A stretch of DNA of 64,000 bases from the NCBI GenBank assembly GCA_964016885.1, contig OZ024742.1:42594001-42658000 (forward strand), in the 5' to 3' direction. The position numbers were made by a program, and so were the translations under genes. The DNA is from Eledone cirrhosa (Eukaryota). This document shows, in pieces, positions 53,721 to 64,000 of the stretch; position 1 is the stretch's first letter, and each line of letters begins with the position of its first letter. Under the pieces are notes generated by a model. It was given only the letters and a program-made list of their open reading frames with translations, was not told where the DNA came from and did no database searches.

Positions 53721-54139
53721 CATATATATATATATTATCTATCTATCTATCTGTCTATCTGTCTGTCTGTCTGTCTATCTGTCTGTTTATTTGTCAGTCT
53801 ATGACATCTAGTGAACCAGCTCATCATCTACTGTATTTACAATAATACCTCATCTGTTGTTAAGCACACAGCTTCTCCTGACAACTAAACTTCTTCAACA
53901 TGTAATTCAGTTCACCTCTCTCTCTCATCTTTCTCATTCTCTCTTTAATCTATTCTTTTATTCTTTTACTTATTTCAGTCATTAAACTGCGGCCATACTG
54001 GGGTACCACTTTGATTTAATTAATCATATTGACCATGTACTTATTTCTTTAAGTTTGGTACTTACTTTTATCGGTCACTTTTTGTCGAATTGCCAAGTTA
54101 CAAGACACACATGAATGTAAACATAGACATGGTTCTCCT

Positions 54140-54173
<34 letters not shown>

Positions 54174-54176
<3 letters not shown>

Positions 54177-54406
54177 CAAAGGGATATTTAATTTGTTGGT
54201 AATTCAACAAATATATACACTTATAACAGATTCGAAGCACTATCCAGGTAAAACTTGAACCGTTAAGGTCTCATTCCTGGATATGTCAATATTTATAAAA
54301 CAAACTTTGTATTTTATCTGATGAGAGCGTACCAAAGTTTTGGTACCCTTGAAATATATATAATAGAATAAATATGGTTTTATAAATATAGTTTCCATTT
54401 ATTAAT

Positions 54407-54410
<4 letters not shown>
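54174..54410. mobile_element. AT-rich family HHR element; hammerhead at 54310-54370 (+)
   Basis: UAUUUUAU-CUGAUGA-GAG-C-GUACCAAA-G-UUUUGGUAC-C-CUU-GAAA-UAUAUA-UA^AUAGAAUA; the left part is the inverted 3' end of the 6473-6806 family. Confidence 0.85.
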
Positions 54411-54439
<29 letters not shown>

Positions 54440-54442
<3 letters not shown>

Positions 54443-54640
54443 AACGAGTAAAACCCCGCCGGCTGAGCTCAAGCCGTTTCGACGGCTAATTCTGGACTAT
54501 TTTAGTCCAGAATTCGCCGCCGAAACGGCTTGAGCTCAGCCGTCGAGGTTTTACTCGTTCCTATTACCCACTCTACTACCCTAAGTATTGAGTACTTTGG
54601 TGCGTTATGGTCCACCTGGTTCCTTACCACATTTCCTTTG

Positions 54641-54642
<2 letters not shown>
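54440..54642. mobile_element. Palindromic element with two 3' half-hammerheads
   Basis: Arms 54439-54499 and 54503-54563; GAAAC-GGCU-UGAGCUC-AGCC-GUC. Confidence 0.75.
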
Positions 54643-54690
<48 letters not shown>

Positions 54691-54836
54691 ACATAATTTA
54701 ATATAGAAATTGCTTAAATTTTAGTCCTGTAGAATCCATTTTTATATTAAATTTAATGTTTACACTCTATTAATGTATTGAGTACATTACTTACTGTGGT
54801 TACCCTCGATTGAACCCAGGACTCACTCACCCCCAC

Positions 54837-54893
<57 letters not shown>

Positions 54894-55574
54894 TTCTGGG
54901 TTCAATCGAGGGTAACCACAGTGGGTAAGGTACTCAATACATTAGTAGAGTGTATACAGCAAATTTCTTATAGAAATGGCTTCTACAGACATAGGGGTTG
55001 TTCTTGGGCACTGTCTTTCCCTCCTTAAGTAATAAAAATATTGCTATATACAATACTAAACTACACTACACTGCATTACATTACTACAGTATAACACACC
55101 ACACCTCACTATACTACATTACTCTACACTAAACTATACTACATTGCACCACATTACACTATATTACACCACATTATACTATAACACTACACTATAATTC
55201 CCTAAACCACACTACACTGTACTACATTCTATCATACTATAAAATAAGTAGTAGCTTCACTTACACAAAACAACAGCTAAATCTCCTTCAAATCATTCAC
55301 TACTCTCTTTAAATAACAATGTCACATTAAATAACCTTGTCTTAGATACACTATCTGAAAAAACATGCAGGATGGGCATGGTTGGAACATATTTCATAAT
55401 CAATCTGTAATAATATTTGTGCTGAAGGACGATGGATTGAGTAAATTAGTAGATGAGTGGGCTTTGCTGTGATGTATTTGTTTGGCTCTATATGTTCTGA
55501 GTTCAAATTCTGCCAAGGTCATTTTTGCTTTTCATCCTTTCAGGAAATCAATAAATATAATTGTTTAATAAATA

Positions 55575-55752
55575 TAATTGTTTCTACTTTTGGCACACGG
55601 CCAGCAATTATCCTAGTGCATTACTGGTACTTTATTTTATCAACCCCGTAAGGATGAAAGGCAAAGTTAACCTCAACGGGATTTGAACTCAGACCGGAAA
55701 GGGACGTAACTATGCTGGAAAGCATGTTCGATGCTCTACTGATACTGCCAAA
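55575..55752 (-). mobile_element. OK-type SINE
   Basis: Family motifs. Confidence 0.85.
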
Positions 55753-57021
55753 TGGATATAATACCAGTCAAGCAGTGCCGAATTTAGGACAAATGAGGCC
55801 CTGTGCTAGTTAAGTTATGAGGCCCCTTAACTTGGGCCCTGAAGGAAGTAAACAAATTTTTTGGCAGGAAGATGGGCCCTCCTAGCCAGCCTAAGCACAA
55901 TGGTAAATCCAGTACTGCATTCAAGTACTAGGGTCAATCTAGTCCACTTTTTCCGACTCAAAATTGCTGGCCTTGTGCTTATATTAGAAAAAAATATTAT
56001 TGCATGTAGAAATGAACACATGTTTTACTTTATGTCATTGTCAGTGTTGACGACTGCCTTGGCTTTAATAAAGGTTTCCCTTGCTGAAGTGCGGAATGGG
56101 GGTGGAGGCCCCACCCACCCCCTCCCAGTACATTTGTCAAAAGGTGGGTGAATGTAGCAAGAATGTCCTACATTTCTAGCAACAATACCTGGTAATTCCC
56201 CCATGGTATTAGGGCCAGATTAAGGCCTTTTGAAGCCCTAAGTATTTAAAAGATGATGGTGCTCCCCTATATATAAAGTCTGCAAGTGACAAATACAATT
56301 AATTTGTATACAATAGTGTGTCCCTTTTCTCCTTAATGCACTAAGTGTGTACCCATCTATGGGCTTAATAGTTAATCCACCCCTGCATGGTGATTTTCTT
56401 TGGCTATAGTTGGGGACCTCTGGTGGAAGAGGGTAAAAATGTAGGATTATATGTGAAACTATGAAGAAGACATTGTAAGAAAGATTGTATGAAGAAGTCT
56501 CAATCAACTAAAGCAAACATCTATCAGTATTATATCTTCAATCGATAAGTATCTAATCAATACAATTCATTATATCTCTCTCTCCATCCCCAACAATCAG
56601 TAACCTTGTGTACATGTGAGTAATCAGTATTAGACTATATCAGATCAATGCTAGTTTATGACTCAGTTTCACATAATCTATCTTATCCCTTTCATCAGGT
56701 TTCTAATGAAATACACACAATTTCAAATAATTAAGTAATTAAAGAATGTTAAGAGATTTACTTAAAATAGGAATCCTTTAAAATGAATGGGTTTTTTTCA
56801 TAAAACCAGAGGTAGATTGGATGAATTAACATTAAAAAGGTTAACAGAGCTGTGTGGTTTATAACAAACATGGTTTTGGGTTCATTCTCAAAAAGTGGCA
56901 CCTTGGGCAAGTGTTTTCTACTACATTCTCAGGTTGAACAATGCCATGTCAGTGAAATTTGATAGACGGAAACTGTGGAGAGGCACATCATATATATTAC
57001 TATATGTATATATACATGCAT

Positions 57022-57091
<70 letters not shown>

Positions 57092-57262
57092 ACACGTACA
57101 CACACAGAGATACACACACAGACACACACACACATACACACACATATACATATGTTTGAAACATTAAGACTCTTTTCCTACTATATCAAGCATTAAACTA
57201 ATATATATCTTCATTATACTATATCGTTTTGCTGTGTTGTTTTCTGTTTACTTTCCCCATGT

Positions 57263-57319
<57 letters not shown>

Positions 57320-57454
57320 GATTCAGCGAGAATCACATTTCGGCAGGCAGGAAAAGCGAAGCGAAACGCAAAATTCAGAAATGATACTGGCAAAGTGCTC
57401 AATAGTTAAAAACCAGAGCTAAACAGTGTTAAGAAGCCATACAAAACTGAAAAG

Positions 57455-57514
<60 letters not shown>

Positions 57515-57518
<4 letters not shown>

Positions 57519-58031
57519 AGACTGCGATTATCTGTTTCTCTCTTTCTCTCTTACTGCTCCCCCGTTCTCTCTGTTTCTCTTACCTTTTTTCGCTCCCTTT
57601 GTCAGTTACACTTTCTCTCGACTGACCTCTTCCTCGCACTTCCACTCATTCACTCTCTGTTTCTCCCCTTCTCACTTCCTCCCGTTCGCTAGTAGTGGGG
57701 TTCCTTCTTTCTCACACCGCATTCACGGCGTACGGTCTGCTTCTCTGACCGCTCATGAAATTCACCCAGCTTATGCTGACCGGATAACTATCATGTTGCT
57801 TGCTGTTTTTCCAACCTTCGGTTTGCTTTTCCTTCTGTTGTTTACTTGTCTCACTCACTTTACGCGTTTCACTTGTCCCAATAGCTTATTTTAGTTATTG
57901 CTCGCACCAACCTGAGGTATCTGATTTTTAATGCGATGAAATACCAATGATGGTTGGCAAATCACTGATGAGGGACTAATTTTATAATATGTAATCCATG
58001 TGCAACCACGCAGTATTCTTCTCCCCTTGTT

Positions 58032-58035
<4 letters not shown>
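57515..58035 (+). mobile_element. Diverged member of the permuted-hammerhead family, between (TA)n runs
   Basis: Gap-free alignment of 57874-57977 with 27154-27257; upstream pyrimidine tract similar to the minus strand of 27040-27092. Confidence 0.75.
57875..57976 (+). ncRNA. Putative non-circularly permuted hammerhead with kink-turn
   Basis: GGUAUC^UGAUUU ... GAAA-UACC ... AAAUCA-CUGAUGA; compensatory changes relative to the 27.2 kb copy. Confidence 0.72.
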
Positions 58036-58100
<65 letters not shown>

Positions 58101-58758
58101 TACACACGTATTAACCAAATAAGTACTCAATATGTGTAAGTAAAGTGTATATTTTATTTTTTTAGTAGAAAAATAGTAGTGACTTCGAAGTTTCAGCTTT
58201 GTCACTTCATATATATCGACAGTCAATCGACTTTCGTCAAATCGGACCGAGGAAACAATGTTTCCATTGGTCTTTCTAATTGCTAATACTATCTATTGGT
58301 CCCAGCTCCGGGTAGAAGGAGCAACGCAAAATAAAGTGTCTTGCCCAAGGACATAACGCATATATATATATATATATATGTATATATATGAGTGCGTGTT
58401 TATGTATGTGTGTGTGTGTTTTATGTCCTGTAACTTAAGAGATTAATAAGAACCAGGCTTGAAAAAAATGTATATGTATCCCGTTCTCCCCCCAAACTCT
58501 CACACTCACATCCACTCATACGCACACACACGTACACCTACACACATACACACACACCACTTTCCACCCTCCCCGCTCGGACCCCCCCCCCCCCCTCCAT
58601 CCACCCACCACCACCTCTACACGCCTCACACCCTTTCACCACTTGTTTTCATTTTAATTTTTTTTCCTTCATTTTAATTTTTTTCCCCTTTATTTTAATG
58701 TCTTTCTACCACTCCCCCCTCACACCCTCTCGGAACTATTTTCCTTCCCACCTTTCTC

Positions 58759-58785
58759 CTGATGAAGGGCTATGCCCGAAACGTC
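58759..58785 (+). ncRNA. Minimal hammerhead core, stem I disrupted
   Basis: CUGAUGA-A-GGGC-UAU-GCCC-GAAAC-GUC; downstream TCAAGCGT.AACCTAATA shared with 26344. Confidence 0.5.
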
Positions 58786-58949
58786 GTCCCCGACACCCAC
58801 TCTCAAGCGTGAACCTAATACCAACACTGTTCGTAACTGCACTCTTTGTTATTGTTTTTGTTTTTACTTTGCCATTATATATATATATAATGAATTACTG
58901 ACCTTTCCTGTTTATAATTATATATAGTGTATATATAAGTATAAATAAT

Positions 58950-58981
<32 letters not shown>

Positions 58982-59162
58982 TTGGGATGTGCTGTCTGGG
59001 GTAGATGTAGATAGTACCTACATAAAAACCATAAACATTGATTTTTAAATGTACAAAAGGTAATGTTTTCCAATTTATTATAGAAATATAAAATTAATGC
59101 ATAAATTTCAATATATAATTCTATAAAAGGCTAATATTTTGATGACATATGTGTATGTGTAC

Positions 59163-59193
<31 letters not shown>

Positions 59194-59414
59194 TGTATGT
59201 ATGTATGTATGTATGTATGTATGTATGTATGTATGTGTATGTATGTATATGCATGTATGTGTATGCATGTATGTGTGTATATGTGTGCATGTGTATGTGT
59301 GTGTATGTATGCGTGTGTATGTGTGCATGTGTATGTGTGCATGTGTATGCGTGTGTATATGTGTATGTATGCATGTATGTGTGTGTATGTATGTATGCAT
59401 GTATATGTATGTTT

Positions 59415-59448
<34 letters not shown>

Positions 59449-59608
59449 AAATGTGTATGCTAGCATGGAAAAACAAATATTGAACAGTCATGACAATGAT
59501 GATGTATGTGTGCCTATATATATTTACATATAAACATACAGGCATGCATACTACACAGACACACATACGCTCACACATATATTTGTACACACATAAAGAC
59601 ACACATAT

Positions 59609-60694
59609 GTGTGACAGTATAGAAGCTCTTGTGCTTAAACAACTTCTCCGTTGGAGTGGTCACCTTGCCAGGATGAAGGATTCTAGAATACCAAAACAAC
59701 TCTTTTATGGAGAGTTAGTTAAAGGAAAACGACCGCCACATAAACCAAAACAGAGGTATAAGGATTCCTTGAAAGCCTCTTTGAAAGATGCTAACATCTC
59801 TGCTGATACATGGGAAAATGTTGCTGCTGATCGTAATAAATAGAGAAAGACTGTATATGAGGGAAAAGTTGCCTTTGAGGCATCTCGAATCGCATACGAG
59901 AAAGTAAAGCGGGATGTGAGGAAGGGCATTGCTGTTGCAATTCTAGACGGCGAAGGTCCTCCTATGGTGCTGACATGCAGCGTCTGTGCGAGACTCTGCC
60001 TAAGCAAAGCTGGACTCGAAAGTCATCTTCGCAGTCACAAAGTGAGACCAGTGGTTGACTACCAGGCTACTGTTGGAGATGCTACTCATCATGCTTGCCA
60101 AGCATGTGGAAGAGAATGTAAATCAGCAGGAGGGCTCAAACGACATGCAAAAGTACACGAACTCCAACCACAGCCGACTATATTCCCAGTGAATGTTTTG
60201 GTTGCCAACTCTGTGCAAGACATTTTAGATCATTGGCTGGGCTAAAAAACCACATTCAATCGCAGCGCTGTTAATTGCTATCGTGTGTGTGTATGTGTAT
60301 AGATATGTTTATGTGTGTGCGTGTGTGTGTATATATATATGTATATTATTATTGTTGTTGTTGTCGTTATTATTGTTGTTGTTATTATTATTATTATTGA
60401 CAGATATTATTGTAATATAAAGGCATGGATTGGCAGTATCGGTAGAGGGTCGGACGCCATGCTTTCCAGCATAGTTACGTCCCTTTACGATCTGAGTTCA
60501 AATCCCGCCGAGGTTGACTTTGCCTTTCATCCTTACGGGGTCGATAAAATAAAGTACCAGTAATGCACTGGATAATTGCTGGCCTTGTGCCTAAAGTAGA
60601 AACAATTATTATTGTTATTGTTTTTTTTGTTTTGTTTTTTTTTCTCTTCTCGTGCAATGGCTATACTCGATAACGAGGTGGCAGCCATCATCAT
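59609..60694 (+). mobile_element. RTE/BovB-like LINE 3' end with C-terminal C2H2 fingers and a nested SINE
   Basis: LLRWSGHLARMKDSRIPKQLFYGEL..RYKDSLK; CSVC..HLRSH, CQAC..HAKVH; ends GGCAGCCATCATCAT. Confidence 0.85.
60420..60610 (+). mobile_element. OK-type SINE
   Basis: Near-identical to 34560-34748. Confidence 0.9.
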
Positions 60695-60704
60695 ATGTAT
60701 GTTT

Positions 60705-60742
<38 letters not shown>

Positions 60743-61191
60743 GTGTGTGTGTTTGTATTTGTGTGTGTGTGTGTGTTTAAATGTGTATGCTAGCATGCAA
60801 AAACAAATATTGAACAGTCATGACAATGATGATGTATGTGTGTGTGCCTATATATATATATTTACATATAAACATACATGCATGCATACTAAACAGACAC
60901 ACATACATACGCTCACACATATATTTACACACACATAAAGACACACATATAAACATACACAGACACACAAACACACACATGCACATACACACATATATTT
61001 ATAAACACACATACACACACACACACACACATACACATATATTTGTAAACACACACACACACACACACATATATTTGTAAACACACACACACACACACAT
61101 ATTTGTAAACACACAAACACACACACACACACACACACATACACACATGCCTACATGGCCAGTATTACTATTAAAACCAACCTGTGGAATA

Positions 61192-61381
61192 AGGCGGTGG
61201 ATTGGCAGTACCGGAAGAGGGTCGGACGCCATGCTTTGACGTATAGAGTTACGGCCCTTGCCATTCTGAGTTCAAATCCCGCCGAGGTTAACTTTGCCTT
61301 TCATCCTTACGGGGTCGATAAAATAAAGTACCAGTAATGCACTGGGTAATTGCTGGCCTTGTGCCAAAAGTAGAAACAATT
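61192..61381 (+). mobile_element. OK-type SINE with about 21-bp TSD
   Basis: ATTACTATTAAAACCAACCTG at 61163 and 61379. Confidence 0.9.
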
Positions 61382-61399
61382 ACTATTAAAACCAACCTG

Positions 61400-61760
61400 G
61401 AAGCCTCATAGGACACAAACCTCAGAAAGGTGCACTGGAAAGCACTCCGTCGGTTACAACGACAAGTGTTCCAGTTGATCCAATCAATGGAACAGCCTGC
61501 TTGTGGAATTAACATACAAGTGACTGAGCATTCCACAGACACGTGTACCCTTACCATAGTTCTTAGGGAGATTCAGCATGACACAGCATGGGACAAGGCT
61601 GACCCTTCGAATTACAGGCACAACACATTTTTGCCAGCTGTGTGGACTGGAGCAACATGAAATAAAGTGTCTTGCTCAAGGACACAACACGTCACCAGGA
61701 ATCGAACTCATGACCTTATGTTTGTGAGCCAAATTCCCTGACCACACAGCCACACACCCT
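61400..61760 (-). mobile_element. CORE-like tRNA SINE (second subfamily; diverged copy at about 47340-47680)
   Basis: Minus TGGCTGTGTGG, GAGTTCGATTCC, CCTTGAGCAAGACACTTTATTTCA. Confidence 0.75.
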
Positions 61761-62116
61761 CAGAGGTACGTTACTGAATATTAAAGAATCACAGCTTTAT
61801 GCACTTTTGTATAACTCAATTAAATATATAATAATTTCTTGCCATGTAGCAGCATTGTTGATATGACTTGTTAGAAGATTTGATGTGGGTGAGTGTGGAC
61901 TGTGTAGTAGGAAATGCAGGCTTAGTAATTTTCTTAGTGAGGTTAGAACAAGAAGTGTCAAAAACTAGGTTCTTCAGCTTGCCAAACTGTAAGTTGAAAT
62001 TATTTTATTTTGGGAGAATGGGATGTATAAATGAGAGAAGAGGGTGCGCATTGTAGAGCTAGCCTAGGGCACTAAATACCCAAGCATTAGTACTGCTTAC
62101 ATAGATAGCTACAAAC

Positions 62117-62147
<31 letters not shown>

Positions 62148-62354
62148 CATACATACATACATACATACATACATACATACATACATACATACATACATAC
62201 ATTACATATATGCGTACATACATTCATATATACATTCATACATTCATATATTCATACATAAATTCCTATATACATACTCACATACATACATACATATGTA
62301 CATACATTCATATACATACAAACATACATACTTGCTTATATGCATACATAATTA

Positions 62355-62832
62355 CATATGTACACACATACATCACGCATGCATTACACATGCACACGTC
62401 CCTCCATAAAGATATGCCTATATATATATATAAATAAATATATGTATATATGTATATATAAATATATATATGTATATATAAATATATATATGTATGACAT
62501 ATATATATGTCATACATACACATACAAACATACATTATGTGTGTACCTAATTAAATATGTACACACATACATCACGCATGCATTACACATGCACACGTCC
62601 CTCCATAAAGATATGCCTATATATATATATAAATAAATATATGTATATATGTATATATAAATATATATATGTATATATAAATATATATATGTATGACATA
62701 TATATATGTCATACATACACATACAAACATACATTATGTGTGTACCTAATTAAATATGTACACACATACATCACGCATGCATTACACATGCACACGCCCC
62801 CCTCCATAAAGATATGCCTATATATATATATG
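62355..62832. repeat. 199-bp tandem repeat, about 2.4 copies
   Basis: ATATGTACACACATACATCACGCATGC at 62355, 62554 and 62753 (approximate). Confidence 0.9.
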
Positions 62833-62853
62833 TTTAATAGATAGATATATAAA

Positions 62854-63011
<158 letters not shown>

Positions 63012-64000
63012 GATAGATAGATAGATAGATATAAATATGTGTGCGTGTTTCAGGATTGAGGAAAGAGAGTGACACACATCCCAACAACACATGCTAGAGC
63101 ACGTGTCTATCATATTACACAAGTCCTTAGACATAAACACAGACACACATAGTTGTCTAGCCATGCCGGGGAGATATGTGACACTGTTACGTATGTATAT
63201 ATATATGTGACACTGTTATCTATATATGTATATATGTCTCACCCTTGCAAGCAGGGAAAAGCGGACGTAAAATGATGATGATGATATGTATGGGACACCG
63301 TTATGTATTATGTATGTGTATATGAATGTATGGGACAGTGTTTTGTATGTATGTATATGTGTATGTATGCATGTGTGTATGTATGCATGCATGTGTGTGT
63401 GTATGTATGTGTGTATGTATGCATGTGTGTGTGAATGTGTGTATGTTATTTCTTTCTCTTAATTTCGAGTATATTTTTTATATGTATGTATGTTTGTATG
63501 TATGTATGTGTGCATGTATGTATGTGTGTATGTATGTATGTGTGTATGTATGTATGCATGTATGTATGTGTGTATATATGTATGTGTGTATGTATGTGTG
63601 GGAGATTGTTATGTATGTATGTATGTATTTATGTATAGGACATTGTTATATATGTGTATCTATGTATGTATGTATACATGCATGCATATGTGTATGTATG
63701 TGTGTATATATGTATGTGTGTATGTATGTGTGGGAGATTGTTATGTATGTATGTATGTATTTATGTATAGGACAGTGTTATATATGTGTGTGTATGTATG
63801 TATGTATATATGGATGTATCTATGTATGTATACATGCATGCATATGTGTATGTATGTGTGCATGTATGTATGCATATATGTGTGCATATATATGTATGTA
63901 TATATGTATATCTGCATGTCTGTATGTATGTTTTGTATGTATGTATACATGCATATATGTGTGTATGTATGGGTGTATGTATGTATGTATGTTTATATGT

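Noticed and set aside
57907-57971. Box C/D snoRNA interpretation of the CUGA and AUGAUG motifs
   Set aside because: The boxes are in D-then-C order and sit within a covarying hammerhead framework in a dispersed repeat; an internal k-turn explains them better.
58110-58250. Minus-strand UUGACGA...GAAAC-UUCGAA-GUC with 3' TTGAGTAC motif
   Set aside because: U3 without A8 and no stem I pairing; probably a dead family member, not counted as a ribozyme.
59916-60245. Host C2H2 zinc-finger gene exon
   Set aside because: Continues directly from an RTE RT C-terminus and ends in a LINE tail; it is transposon-derived.

Overview
AT-rich, microsatellite-saturated animal genomic DNA with no recognisable host exon. 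The tRNA-derived SINE families and RTE LINEs point to an octopod cephalopod (inference). Almost all long ORFs in the track are microsatellite artefacts. Conventional mobile elements present: RTE LINEs (one near full length, 47.8-51.0 kb), BovB-like RTE remnants, a CRE-clade RLE element, a Gypsy remnant, DNA-transposon MITEs and many SINE copies. The main unannotated signal is a dense population of about 30 hammerhead-ribozyme (HHR) motifs, read by eye. They belong to about 10 sequence families of short non-coding elements, mostly inserted in (TA)n runs. Most are fold-back (inverted) and some are tandem, with 318-597 nt monomers, like Penelope pLTRs or non-LTR retrozymes. Three decayed Penelope-like RT/GIY-YIG ORFs lie in the same window as candidate mobilisers. 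One family (26.6, 27.2 and 57.9 kb) appears to encode a non-circularly permuted, multiply pseudoknotted hammerhead with a box C/D-type kink-turn, supported by five compensatory base-pair changes. Other families carry fixed core variants (U3-A8, A4, G17, U10.1-U11.1). All structures are manual predictions; no activity has been tested.
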